A DNA stretch of 64,000 nt from Deltaproteobacteria bacterium (GTDB lineage Bacteria; Omnitrophota; Gorgyraeia; Gygaellales; Profunditerraquicolaceae). Below the pieces are notes generated by a model. The model saw only the letters and a program-made list of their open reading frames with translations. It was not told the DNA's origin and made no database searches. Position 1 is the stretch's first letter. Each line of letters starts with the position of its first letter. A program made the position numbers and the translations under genes. Positions 56,752-64,000 of this stretch are shown piece after piece. The stretch is from the NCBI GenBank assembly GCA_050258655.1, contig JBLMZF010000106.1, positions 2,669 through 66,668 of the forward strand, given 5' to 3'.

Positions 56752-58320
56752 TTAATGCCGGAAGTGGCGCATGCCGGTGAAGACCATCGGGATCTTGTAC
56801 TTGTCGGCGACCTTGATGATCTTCTCGTCGGCGATGGAGCCTCCGGGCTGGATGATAGCGGTGACTCCCATCCTGGCCGCCTGCATGACAGCGTCCTCTT
56901 TAGGGAAGAACGCGTCGGAGGCCAGAACGGAACCCTTGGCAAGCCCGTGCGATTTCCTGCCGCTCAGATGGACCGAATCGACGCGGGACATCTGCCCGGC
57001 ACCGATACCGACCGTCTTCGTCCCCTTCGTCAGGATGATCGCGTTGGACTTGACGTGCTTGGCGATCTTCCAGCCGAACAGGAGCGACTGCATCTGCTGT
57101 TTGGTCGGTTTCTTCTTCGTCACCACCTTGAGGGCTTTTTCGTCGAGAAGCTGATTGTCCTCGTCCTGCACGAGCAGACCTCCGGCGACACGCTTGAGGT
57201 CGAGCTGGCAGGATCGGCCGCCGAGCTCCGGGAGCTCGAGCAGGCGGACGTTCTTCTTGGCCTTGAGCATCTCCAGCGCCGCGGGCTCGAAACCGGGGCA
57301 TATCACGCACTCCAGGAAGCCGCTGGCGTTGATCGCCTTGGCAAGGACCGTGTCGACCTTCCGGTTGATCCCGACGATGCCGCCGAAAGCCGAAAGCTGA
57401 TCGCACTTCCAGGCCTCTTTGTATGCCTTGAGGAGGTTTTTATTCTCCGCGGCGCCACAGGGGTTGTTGTGCTTGATGAAAACAACCGCCGGGTCGGTGA
57501 ATTCCTTGATGATGTTGACCGCCGCGTTGAGGTCGAGGATATTGTTAAAGGAAAGCTCCTTGCCCCAGAGCTGCTTTATCGCGGCAAGCCCCTGACCGCC
57601 GGCCTGCGCGTAGAAGGCGGCCTTCTGGTGCGGGTTCTCACCGTAACGCAGGGACTGTATCTTCTTGAACGAAAACGAAAGCTGGTCCGGGAAAGCAGCG
57701 TCTCCGGCGCAAGCGGAAGCGCCGGGATGCACCGCTGTGCCAAGGAAACGGTTGATCGCGGCGTCATACCGCGATGTCCTGCCGTAGACCTCGACGCCGT
57801 AACGGGTGGAAAGCTCGGGACGGAAAGAGCCGTTGTTCTTCCTGAGCTCCGCGATGACTTCCGTGTACTGGGAAGGATCGCTGACCACGAGTACGGAACG
57901 GCTGTTCTTGGCCGCTGAGCGCAGCATCGAAGGCCCGCCGATATCGATGTTCTCGATCGCTTCCGCAAGGCTGACGCCGGGCTTGCTGATCGTCTTCTCG
58001 AACGGGTAGAGGTTGACCACCACCATGTCGATCAGGCCGATCCCGTGCTTCTCCACGGTCTTCATGTGCTCGGGATTTTCGCGCAGGGACAGGAGGCCGC
58101 CATGGACCTTCGGGTGCAGGGTCTTGACCCTGCCGTCGAGCATCTCGGGGAAGCCGGTGTACTCGGACACTTCCGTAACCTTGACACCGTTCTCGGACAG
58201 TATCTTCGCCGTGCCGCCCGTGGAAAGTATCTGGACGCCGAAAGAAGCCAGCGTCTTGCCCAGCTCAACGATGCCCGTCTTGTCGGATACGCTCACCAGC
58301 GCGCGCTTGACCTTGATCAT
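56752..58320 (-). CDS. purH: bifunctional AICAR transformylase / IMP cyclohydrolase
   Basis: 522 aa. MIKVKRALVSVSDKTGIVELGK…TGGTAK… MGS-like N-domain plus AICARFT C-domain. Confidence 0.95.
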   Translation of the reverse strand: MIKVKRALVSVSDKTGIVELGKTLASFGVQILSTGGTAKILSENGVKVTEVSEYTGFPEMLDGRVKTLHPKVHGGLLSLRENPEHMKTVEKHGIGLIDMVVVNLYPFEKTISKPGVSLAEAIENIDIGGPSMLRSAAKNSRSVLVVSDPSQYTEVIAELRKNNGSFRPELSTRYGVEVYGRTSRYDAAINRFLGTAVHPGASACAGDAAFPDQLSFSFKKIQSLRYGENPHQKAAFYAQAGGQGLAAIKQLWGKELSFNNILDLNAAVNIIKEFTDPAVVFIKHNNPCGAAENKNLLKAYKEAWKCDQLSAFGGIVGINRKVDTVLAKAINASGFLECVICPGFEPAALEMLKAKKNVRLLELPELGGRSCQLDLKRVAGGLLVQDEDNQLLDEKALKVVTKKKPTKQQMQSLLFGWKIAKHVKSNAIILTKGTKTVGIGAGQMSRVDSVHLSGRKSHGLAKGSVLASDAFFPKEDAVMQAARMGVTAIIQPGGSIADEKIIKVADKYKIPMVFTGMRHFRH

Positions 58321-58334
58321 GTGCTGTCTCTCCT

Positions 58335-59042
58335 TTATCCCTTATTGGTCCGGATCACCAGATAATCCCCGTCCTGCACGACGTAATCCTTCATCTCCAA
58401 TTTCATATGGTTGGCGGCTTTAGCCTTGGAAAGGCTTCCGTCGGCGATGAGGTCCTTGTAGTGGATAACCTCGGCGCGGATGAAGCCCTGCTGGATGGCG
58501 GTATGGATGGCGCCGGCCGCTTCGTAGGCCGTAGCCCCGCTTTTGACCGACCAGGCGTGCGAATCCTTGTCCCCGGCGGTGAAAAAGCTGATGTAGCCGG
58601 AGCGGTAATATGCGTTGAAGAAAAGCGTCTTTTTGTCCTCGATCTCCTGCGGCGTCGCCAGAAGGACGGGCTTTATCGTCAGCAGGGTCGCCCCTTCGAT
58701 CATCTTCTGCTCCTCGGGCGTCAGGGTCAGCTCCGAGAGGAACTTCTCCTTCTCAAGCTGCTCCTTGAACCTCCCGAGCAGGACCTTTTCCTCCGGGCTC
58801 TGGCTGCGCTCAAGCCTCGTCTCCACGAACTCCATGTCCTTGATGACCAGGTCCAGCTTGGACGATTCAGGACAGGCTATGACATCCGCCTCCACCAGCC
58901 GCTCCTCTTCAGCGAGGACCTCAGCCTGGATATACACCTTCTTGGCCGAATTGAACATCGTCTTGAGTTCGTCGACGCGCTTGTCGACGATATCCTGCTT
59001 CCCGGAAGTGATGCCTTCGATACCGAAAATGCCTATCTTCAC
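58335..59042 (-). CDS. YchF-like protein retaining coiled-coil and C-terminal TGS/DUF933 domains but with a shortened, degenerate G-domain
   Basis: The C-terminus FFTAGDKDSHAWSVKSGATAYEAAGAIHTAIQQGFIRAEVIHYKDLI…KDYVVQDGDYLV aligns with the YchF C-terminal domain. The N-terminus MKIGIFGIEGITSGKQD replaces the canonical GIVGLPNVGKST P-loop. 235 aa versus about 363 for YchF. Confidence 0.7.
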   Translation of the reverse strand: MKIGIFGIEGITSGKQDIVDKRVDELKTMFNSAKKVYIQAEVLAEEERLVEADVIACPESSKLDLVIKDMEFVETRLERSQSPEEKVLLGRFKEQLEKEKFLSELTLTPEEQKMIEGATLLTIKPVLLATPQEIEDKKTLFFNAYYRSGYISFFTAGDKDSHAWSVKSGATAYEAAGAIHTAIQQGFIRAEVIHYKDLIADGSLSKAKAANHMKLEMKDYVVQDGDYLVIRTNKG

Positions 59043-59098
59043 TTTGACTCCTTAGTTAGATTGCTTCGGAAAAAATACGGTAGAGCCTCGCAATGACG

Positions 59099-61039
59099 TT
59101 ACTCTTCCGCTTCGCCCGCGTGCTGCGCCTGGTACTTGGCGATGATCGGCTGCGCGATCTTGGCGGGCACCTGTTCGTAATGCGCGAAATGCATCGTGAA
59201 AGAACCCTTGCCCTGGGTCATCGAACGCAGGTCGCTGGCGTAGGTGAACATCTCGGAGAGCGGCACATGCGCCTTGACCACCTGCAGCTTGCCCTTGGCC
59301 TCCATGCCCATCGGCCTGCCGCGGCGCTGATTGAGGTCGCCGGATACCTGACCAAGGAATTCCTCGGTCACCAGGACGTCCACATCCATGATCGGCTCAA
59401 GCAGGACAGGGCCCGCGAGGGCGACCGCTTTCTTGAGCGCCAGAGAACCCGCGCGCTGAAATGCGGCATCCGAGGAATCGACGTCATGGTAAGAACCGTC
59501 GTAAAGGCTGACCTTGATGTCGACCATCGGGTAGCCCGCGAACACGCCGCGGGTCATCGTGTTGATGATGCCCTTCTCGACCGAGGGGATAAAGTTCCTC
59601 GGGATGGCTCCCCCGACGACATTGTCCTCGAACTCGAAGCCCTTGCCGTGCTCCAGGGGCCAGATCTCGATCCAGCAGTCGCCGTACTGCCCGCGGCCGC
59701 CGGACTGCCTCTTGTACTTGCCCTGGACCTTGATGCCGCCCTTCGAGATCGTCTCCTTATACGGGACCTTCGGGGTGCCCAGTTCGACGTCGACGTTGAA
59801 GCGCTTCTTGAGCCTGCCGATCATCACGTGCAGGTGCAGGTCGCCCAGGCCGGAGATGACCATCTCCTTGGTCTCGGGGTCGACCTTCTCGCGGAACGTC
59901 GGGTCCTCGGCGACAAGCTTCTGCAGCGCCTGGGTGATCTTCTCCTCGTCCTGCCGCGTCTTCGGCTTGACCGAAGCGGACATCATCGACTCGGGGAAGG
60001 CGATGGGCTTGAAGAGAGCCTTCGAGCCGGCCGCGCCGATCGTGTCGTTGGTCTTGGTCTCCTTGAGCTTCGGGATCGCGATGATATCGCCGCAGGAAGC
60101 GCCTTCCTGGACGCGCTGTTCCTTCCCCTGGAGGAGCATGATCTGGCCGAACCGCTCGTTCGTCTGCTGAGACACATTAAAGAACGACGTGTTCGTGGCA
60201 AGCCTGCCCGAAAGGACCTTGACCAGGCTCAACTGGCCCACATAGGGATCGAATATGCTTTTGAAGACGAAGCCGGTGAACGGCGAGGCGTCGGAAGCCG
60301 TCACTTCCCCCTGCCCCATCTGCATGTGGCAGAATTCGAGCGGAGAAGCGAGGTCATCCTTTACCGCCTTGAGCAGCTCGTCGATGCCTTTGTCCGCCGT
60401 CGCCGAACCGAACAGGATCGGGAACACCTTGCCCGCGTCGACCGCTTTCGGAAGGGCTTCCCTTATCTCTTCGGAAGTGAGCGTGCCTTCGGTAAGATAC
60501 TTCTCGGTGAGCTTGTCGTCGCTTTCGGCCACCGCCTCAGCCAGTTCGTCAAGGGAGCCGCTGGCGAGCACGACAGCGTTCTTGGAAAGGTTCTTCTTTA
60601 TGTCGGAGAGGACCTTTTCCCGGTCGAAGTCTTCCTTATCGATCTTGTTGACGAAGATGATCCGGGGCATCTTCGCCTCCTCGAGCAGTTCCCAGGCCTT
60701 TTCTGTCCCGATCTCGACACCCTGCCCCCCGTCGACGACGACGATCGCGTTGTCGGCGGCGCGGATCGAGGAAAGCACCTCGCCGTAGAAATCGGCGAAA
60801 CCGGGAGTGTCGACGATCTGGATGCGCGTGTGGTCATACTCGCAGAACATGAAGCTCGCGTTGATGGAAGACTTGCGCTCGACCTCGTCGAAATTGTAAT
60901 CGCTGACCGTATTCCCCTCTGCGGTGGTCCCCTTACGGGTGGTCGCACCGCATTTAAAAAGCATCGCTTCGCAAAGGCTTGTCTTGCCGACCTGGGCATG
61001 ACCGAGCAGGATAACGCTTCTTTTGTCCTTTACTTCCAT
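59099..61039 (-). CDS. elongation factor G-like GTPase (EF-G paralog)
   Basis: All five EF-G domains present. G1 GHAQVGKTS, G3 VDTPGFADF, G4 VNKIDKED. Domain IV loop region …HDVDSS…. Start at MEVKDKRSVILLG (61039). The ORF-track N-terminal extension was rejected. Confidence 0.85.
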   Translation of the reverse strand: MEVKDKRSVILLGHAQVGKTSLCEAMLFKCGATTRKGTTAEGNTVSDYNFDEVERKSSINASFMFCEYDHTRIQIVDTPGFADFYGEVLSSIRAADNAIVVVDGGQGVEIGTEKAWELLEEAKMPRIIFVNKIDKEDFDREKVLSDIKKNLSKNAVVLASGSLDELAEAVAESDDKLTEKYLTEGTLTSEEIREALPKAVDAGKVFPILFGSATADKGIDELLKAVKDDLASPLEFCHMQMGQGEVTASDASPFTGFVFKSIFDPYVGQLSLVKVLSGRLATNTSFFNVSQQTNERFGQIMLLQGKEQRVQEGASCGDIIAIPKLKETKTNDTIGAAGSKALFKPIAFPESMMSASVKPKTRQDEEKITQALQKLVAEDPTFREKVDPETKEMVISGLGDLHLHVMIGRLKKRFNVDVELGTPKVPYKETISKGGIKVQGKYKRQSGGRGQYGDCWIEIWPLEHGKGFEFEDNVVGGAIPRNFIPSVEKGIINTMTRGVFAGYPMVDIKVSLYDGSYHDVDSSDAAFQRAGSLALKKAVALAGPVLLEPIMDVDVLVTEEFLGQVSGDLNQRRGRPMGMEAKGKLQVVKAHVPLSEMFTYASDLRSMTQGKGSFTMHFAHYEQVPAKIAQPIIAKYQAQHAGEAEE

Positions 61040-61236
61040 CACGATCTCCTTTTGGTTTCCGTGGCGGTTTCCAAAGAAAAGATTGACGTCAGGCGAGGAA
61101 AGCTTTTTGTGGGATTGGTTCCAAAGGCAATTATAAAGAACGGAGCAAAGAAGCAATTTTAATTATACGACGGAAGGATATGTGCGGCAAGTGTTTTTCT
61201 GCCTGCTAAAACGACGGGAAGGGTCCCTGGAAGGGA

Positions 61237-64000
61237 TTACTGCAGGGCGGCGGTCTCGAGGCCCAGAACGACCTTCAGGGTCTCGATAATGTCTTTGGAA
61301 GAACGGGTGCCGTTCTCCTCTTCCAGCCTGAGGATATAGGCGATGCGGGTCCTGGCCCGGGCTATTGCGGCAGGGGCAGCGGGTACATGCTCACGGCAGT
61401 CGCCCAGGTAGCCCTTGACACTATCTTCGCTGGGCATCATCCCCGCGACAAGCATATTGTCGAACCGGAAGTCGACGCCGCCGGCGGCGTCCTCCCCTCC
61501 GTCCTTCGCGAGCTTCGGGCTCAATCTCGTGTAGTCCTGATGCACAACCGCGTAACCGCCTGCGGCTTCCATCTTCGCCAGGAACTTCTCCCACGGCATC
61601 TTGTAAAGCGCGACCAGGAGCCCGAAGCCGGGTCTCTGAGGGTCGATGGCCTGCTCGCCCGGGTCTTTACCGGTCGTCCGCTCGATATGCTTCCGGTACG
61701 CCTGCTGTCTAAACAGCATTGCCTTGGGGGTCGCCCGGGACTTGCCCGAATCACGCATCATCTCGACTAACTCCCGGCTGTCGGTCTTATTCACTACCTC
61801 CTTGAACTGCTCTTCTGGAATCGAATCTATGACCAGCGACCAGTCAGTCGGTTCATATATATGACCGTAGTCCAGAATGATCACTTTCTTCAGCATTCCC
61901 AGTTCCGGTTTATTCTGATAAGCCTGAGTGACATGGGCAAGTAACAGAGGATTATTATAGACTGCGTACTTGATGCTGCGGGCGAGCTGATATTCCGCAT
62001 CTGAGCCTATAGCGCTTATCCACGAGACGATAAGATCATCCAATTCAGAAAAGCCGATCCTAATGCTATTAGAGGATTCAAGCGAATCGGCTAAAGCTTC
62101 GGCAAGATCATCCTTAACAGGAATCTTGTTTGTCTCTTTTATGCCTGAAATAACCTGCCCGTACAGAGCAGGATTACCACTGATGGCATACTTCAGAATA
62201 TTGGTCGTTGTCAAACCATTAAAGGCATGGACAAGTATATCCATTTCTTCAGGAGTGACCTTAATGTGCAGGTATCCGTTGCTTGCATAACGAAGGAGAA
62301 CTTCGATAGCCTCTGTAAGCGCAGTTATAACAGCTTCGTTCCTGGTTTCTTTTAAAGCCGTGACCATCAATTTATACACTTCCTCGTTATTCTTGACGGC
62401 ATCGATCGCATTGATAAAGACCCACTGTAGATTTCCCCAGGCAAACTCGCCTTTCGCAGCGTCAAGCGCGGCAATAAGAGTATGCAGATCGTCGGAAGAC
62501 AACCTTAGATCATACTTTTTCCCGCGGGCGGCCTTGAAAGCGTCGATTAAGACTTCGGCCAGCACGTCACGGACACTGTCCTCTGTCGTTACTTTCAAAG
62601 CGGCGATGACCTGGCCGTACAATTCCGGGCTGTTAAGCAGCATGTTATTAATATCCTCTTTTAACTGCCGCGGAATCCCGTACCGAGATACCCGTCTGAG
62701 CGCTTCTAATTTTTCTTTTAATGACTGTTCTTCCCCACCGTCCTTAGCGGCCCACGCGCTCAATCTTGTAGGCTCCTTGTGCACGACTTCATATCCTCCC
62801 GAGGCCTCCATCTTCGCCAGAAACTTCTCCCAGGGCATTTTGTAGAGCGCGACAAGGAGGGAAAATCCTTCTTTCTTTGGATCGATGGGCTGTTCTCCGG
62901 GATCCTCGCCGCCAGCCCGCTTGATCGACTCCCTGTACGCGATCTGTTTCATGGCCATGGCCTTGCTTGTCACCTGGCCATTGTCTACGGCAAAGAACAT
63001 ATCCCTGTAACCATCTTCATCTCCCTTAATAAGGGCATGAAGAGCATCCGAGGGGATCGACGACAGGACGAGCGACCAGTCTGTCCGGCTGTTAATGCCA
63101 AGATATTCGTGCGGATAGAGGCCGTTTTGTCTGCATCTTTCAAATGCCGAGCCGAACAAAGGCTGCAAGCGGGGCCATTCACGTTTGCCCAAAGAGCTCC
63201 TTACAGCGGATACCAGGGTGAGATCATTCCACAAGGCTTCCTGGATACTCTCTTCGAAACGATCGATAGCCCATTTAGAATCCGTTACTCCTTGCGGTAT
63301 AGTAAAGAGCGCGTCAATGAGGGCGCCGAATTCCTCCTGGGCCAAAACGATCGGCCGCCCGTCTTCTCTGGAAAACTTCAGGGAAGTGACTAATGTCCTC
63401 GCGAACATCCCCCGCCAGGTAACGGTCCCGGCACCCTTGATCTCGGCAAAGAAACGTCCCATCATCTGCGGATTCTTCCTGAGCGCTCCCTCGACGCACA
63501 TTTCATAATCCCAGAGCTCTTCGTCATGCCTTTCGTAGGCGCTCCTCATAAGCGCGATATAGAAATCGAACTCTTCCGGCGTCCCCCTGAGGATCCGCGT
63601 GGCGCGGGACGTCCTCAACGCATAACCGAGAGCATACACAAGCGCGCGCGATTCTTCTTCTCCGGCGACCCGCAAGGCCGCGACGACCTGTTTATACAAG
63701 GCCGGGTTTACATGGAGAGTGTAGGTGATTTCCTGTTTAAGATGGTACTTTTCTTCTTTTGAAGAAGCCAGCTTGAGCGCCTCGATCTTCCCTGCGAGAT
63801 AAGACGTATTGTAGATATCCTTCTTCGACCTTCTCCCGCCGTCCTTCGCGATCTTCGGGCTCAGCCTTGTGTAATCAGCGTGTACCGCCGCGTATCCGCC
63901 ACAGGCTTCTATCTTCGCCAGGAACTTCTCCCACGGCATCTTGTAGAGCGCGACCAGGAGCGAGAAACCGGGTTTCTGCGGGTCGATAGGCTGCTCGCCG
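61237..64000 (-). CDS. giant modular repeat protein of unknown function (C-terminal >900 aa in window; ORF continues beyond window end)
   Basis: No stop reading 5' of 63939 to the window edge. Contains at least 3 to 4 tandem modules of about 400 aa, with near-identical junctions GFxLLVALYKMPWEKFLAKMEAxGGYxVVHxDYTRLSPKxAKDGGE and divergent cores. No signal peptide or TM seen in the part present. Unique C-terminal tail of about 90 aa. Confidence 0.7.
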   Translation of the reverse strand, partial: GEQPIDPQKPGFSLLVALYKMPWEKFLAKIEACGGYAAVHADYTRLSPKIAKDGGRRSKKDIYNTSYLAGKIEALKLASSKEEKYHLKQEITYTLHVNPALYKQVVAALRVAGEEESRALVYALGYALRTSRATRILRGTPEEFDFYIALMRSAYERHDEELWDYEMCVEGALRKNPQMMGRFFAEIKGAGTVTWRGMFARTLVTSLKFSREDGRPIVLAQEEFGALIDALFTIPQGVTDSKWAIDRFEESIQEALWNDLTLVSAVRSSLGKREWPRLQPLFGSAFERCRQNGLYPHEYLGINSRTDWSLVLSSIPSDALHALIKGDEDGYRDMFFAVDNGQVTSKAMAMKQIAYRESIKRAGGEDPGEQPIDPKKEGFSLLVALYKMPWEKFLAKMEASGGYEVVHKEPTRLSAWAAKDGGEEQSLKEKLEALRRVSRYGIPRQLKEDINNMLLNSPELYGQVIAALKVTTEDSVRDVLAEVLIDAFKAARGKKYDLRLSSDDLHTLIAALDAAKGEFAWGNLQWVFINAIDAVKNNEEVYKLMVTALKETRNEAVITALTEAIEVLLRYASNGYLHIKVTPEEMDILVHAFNGLTTTNILKYAISGNPALYGQVISGIKETNKIPVKDDLAEALADSLESSNSIRIGFSELDDLIVSWISAIGSDAEYQLARSIKYAVYNNPLLLAHVTQAYQNKPELGMLKKVIILDYGHIYEPTDWSLVIDSIPEEQFKEVVNKTDSRELVEMMRDSGKSRATPKAMLFRQQAYRKHIERTTGKDPGEQAIDPQRPGFGLLVALYKMPWEKFLAKMEAAGGYAVVHQDYTRLSPKLAKDGGEDAAGGVDFRFDNMLVAGMMPSEDSVKGYLGDCREHVPAAPAAIARARTRIAYILRLEEENGTRSSKDIIETLKVVLGLETAALQ
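61500..61700. repeat. conserved module-junction repeat copy (intragenic, about 1.2 kb period)
   Basis: cgccaggaacttctcccacggcatcttgtaaagcgcgaccaggagcccgaagccgggtctctgagggtcgatggcctgctcgcccgg at 61573 onward matches the copies near 62813 and 63916 at about 80-90 percent nucleotide identity. Confidence 0.8.
62740..62960. repeat. conserved module-junction repeat copy (intragenic)
   Basis: cgccagaaacttctcccagggcattttgtagagcgcgacaaggag… is homologous to the 61573 and 63916 copies. Confidence 0.8.
63830..64000. repeat. conserved module-junction repeat copy (intragenic, truncated by window end)
   Basis: cgccaggaacttctcccacggcatcttgtagagcgcgaccaggagcgagaaaccgggtttctgcgggtcgataggctgctcgcc is nearly identical to the copy at 61573. 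Confidence 0.8.

Overview
High-GC window that reads as Gram-negative-type bacterial chromosome. Almost all genes are on the minus strand in long co-directional runs.

Core housekeeping genes:
- lnt, secA
- prfB, which retains the classic programmed +1 frameshift
- murJ, rpsT, holA, lptE, leuS
- nfo, rlmN, a dusB-like gene, accA
- folE, mnmE, folC, purH

Accessory and envelope genes:
- pilT
- a GT2 membrane glycosyltransferase paired with a PEGA domain protein
- an ArnT-like GT-C transferase paired with an ArnD-like deacetylase
- a PEP-CTERM protein
- a LysM L,D-transpeptidase
- competence genes comEC, comEA and comM
- two tRNAs: tRNA-Ala(GGC) on minus, tRNA-Leu(CAA) on plus

Most notable content:
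1. A compact REP-associated tyrosine transposase (RAYT) sits between comEA and leuS, flanked by inverted REP hairpins. Related palindromes occur elsewhere in the window.
2. A roughly 10 kb co-directional cluster combines NHEJ (LigD, Ku) with a secreted-type SAM methyltransferase, a ferritin-like protein, a formaldehyde-dehydrogenase-like ADH, DoxX and YihY. It is flanked by glycogen debranching and treZ genes, which suggests a dormancy or desiccation survival island.
3. An EF-G paralog lies next to a YchF-like protein with a degenerate P-loop.
4. Immediately upstream of those is a giant ORF (>900 aa, running off the window) built from tandem modules of about 1.2 kb. The modules have highly conserved junctions and divergent cores, one of them AT-rich. 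I could not assign it to any family and it is the best candidate here for something novel.
5. Two PilZ-domain proteins in tandem with an orphan receiver domain.
6. A minimal MGMT-like gene next to a short UvrC.

No CRISPR array was found.
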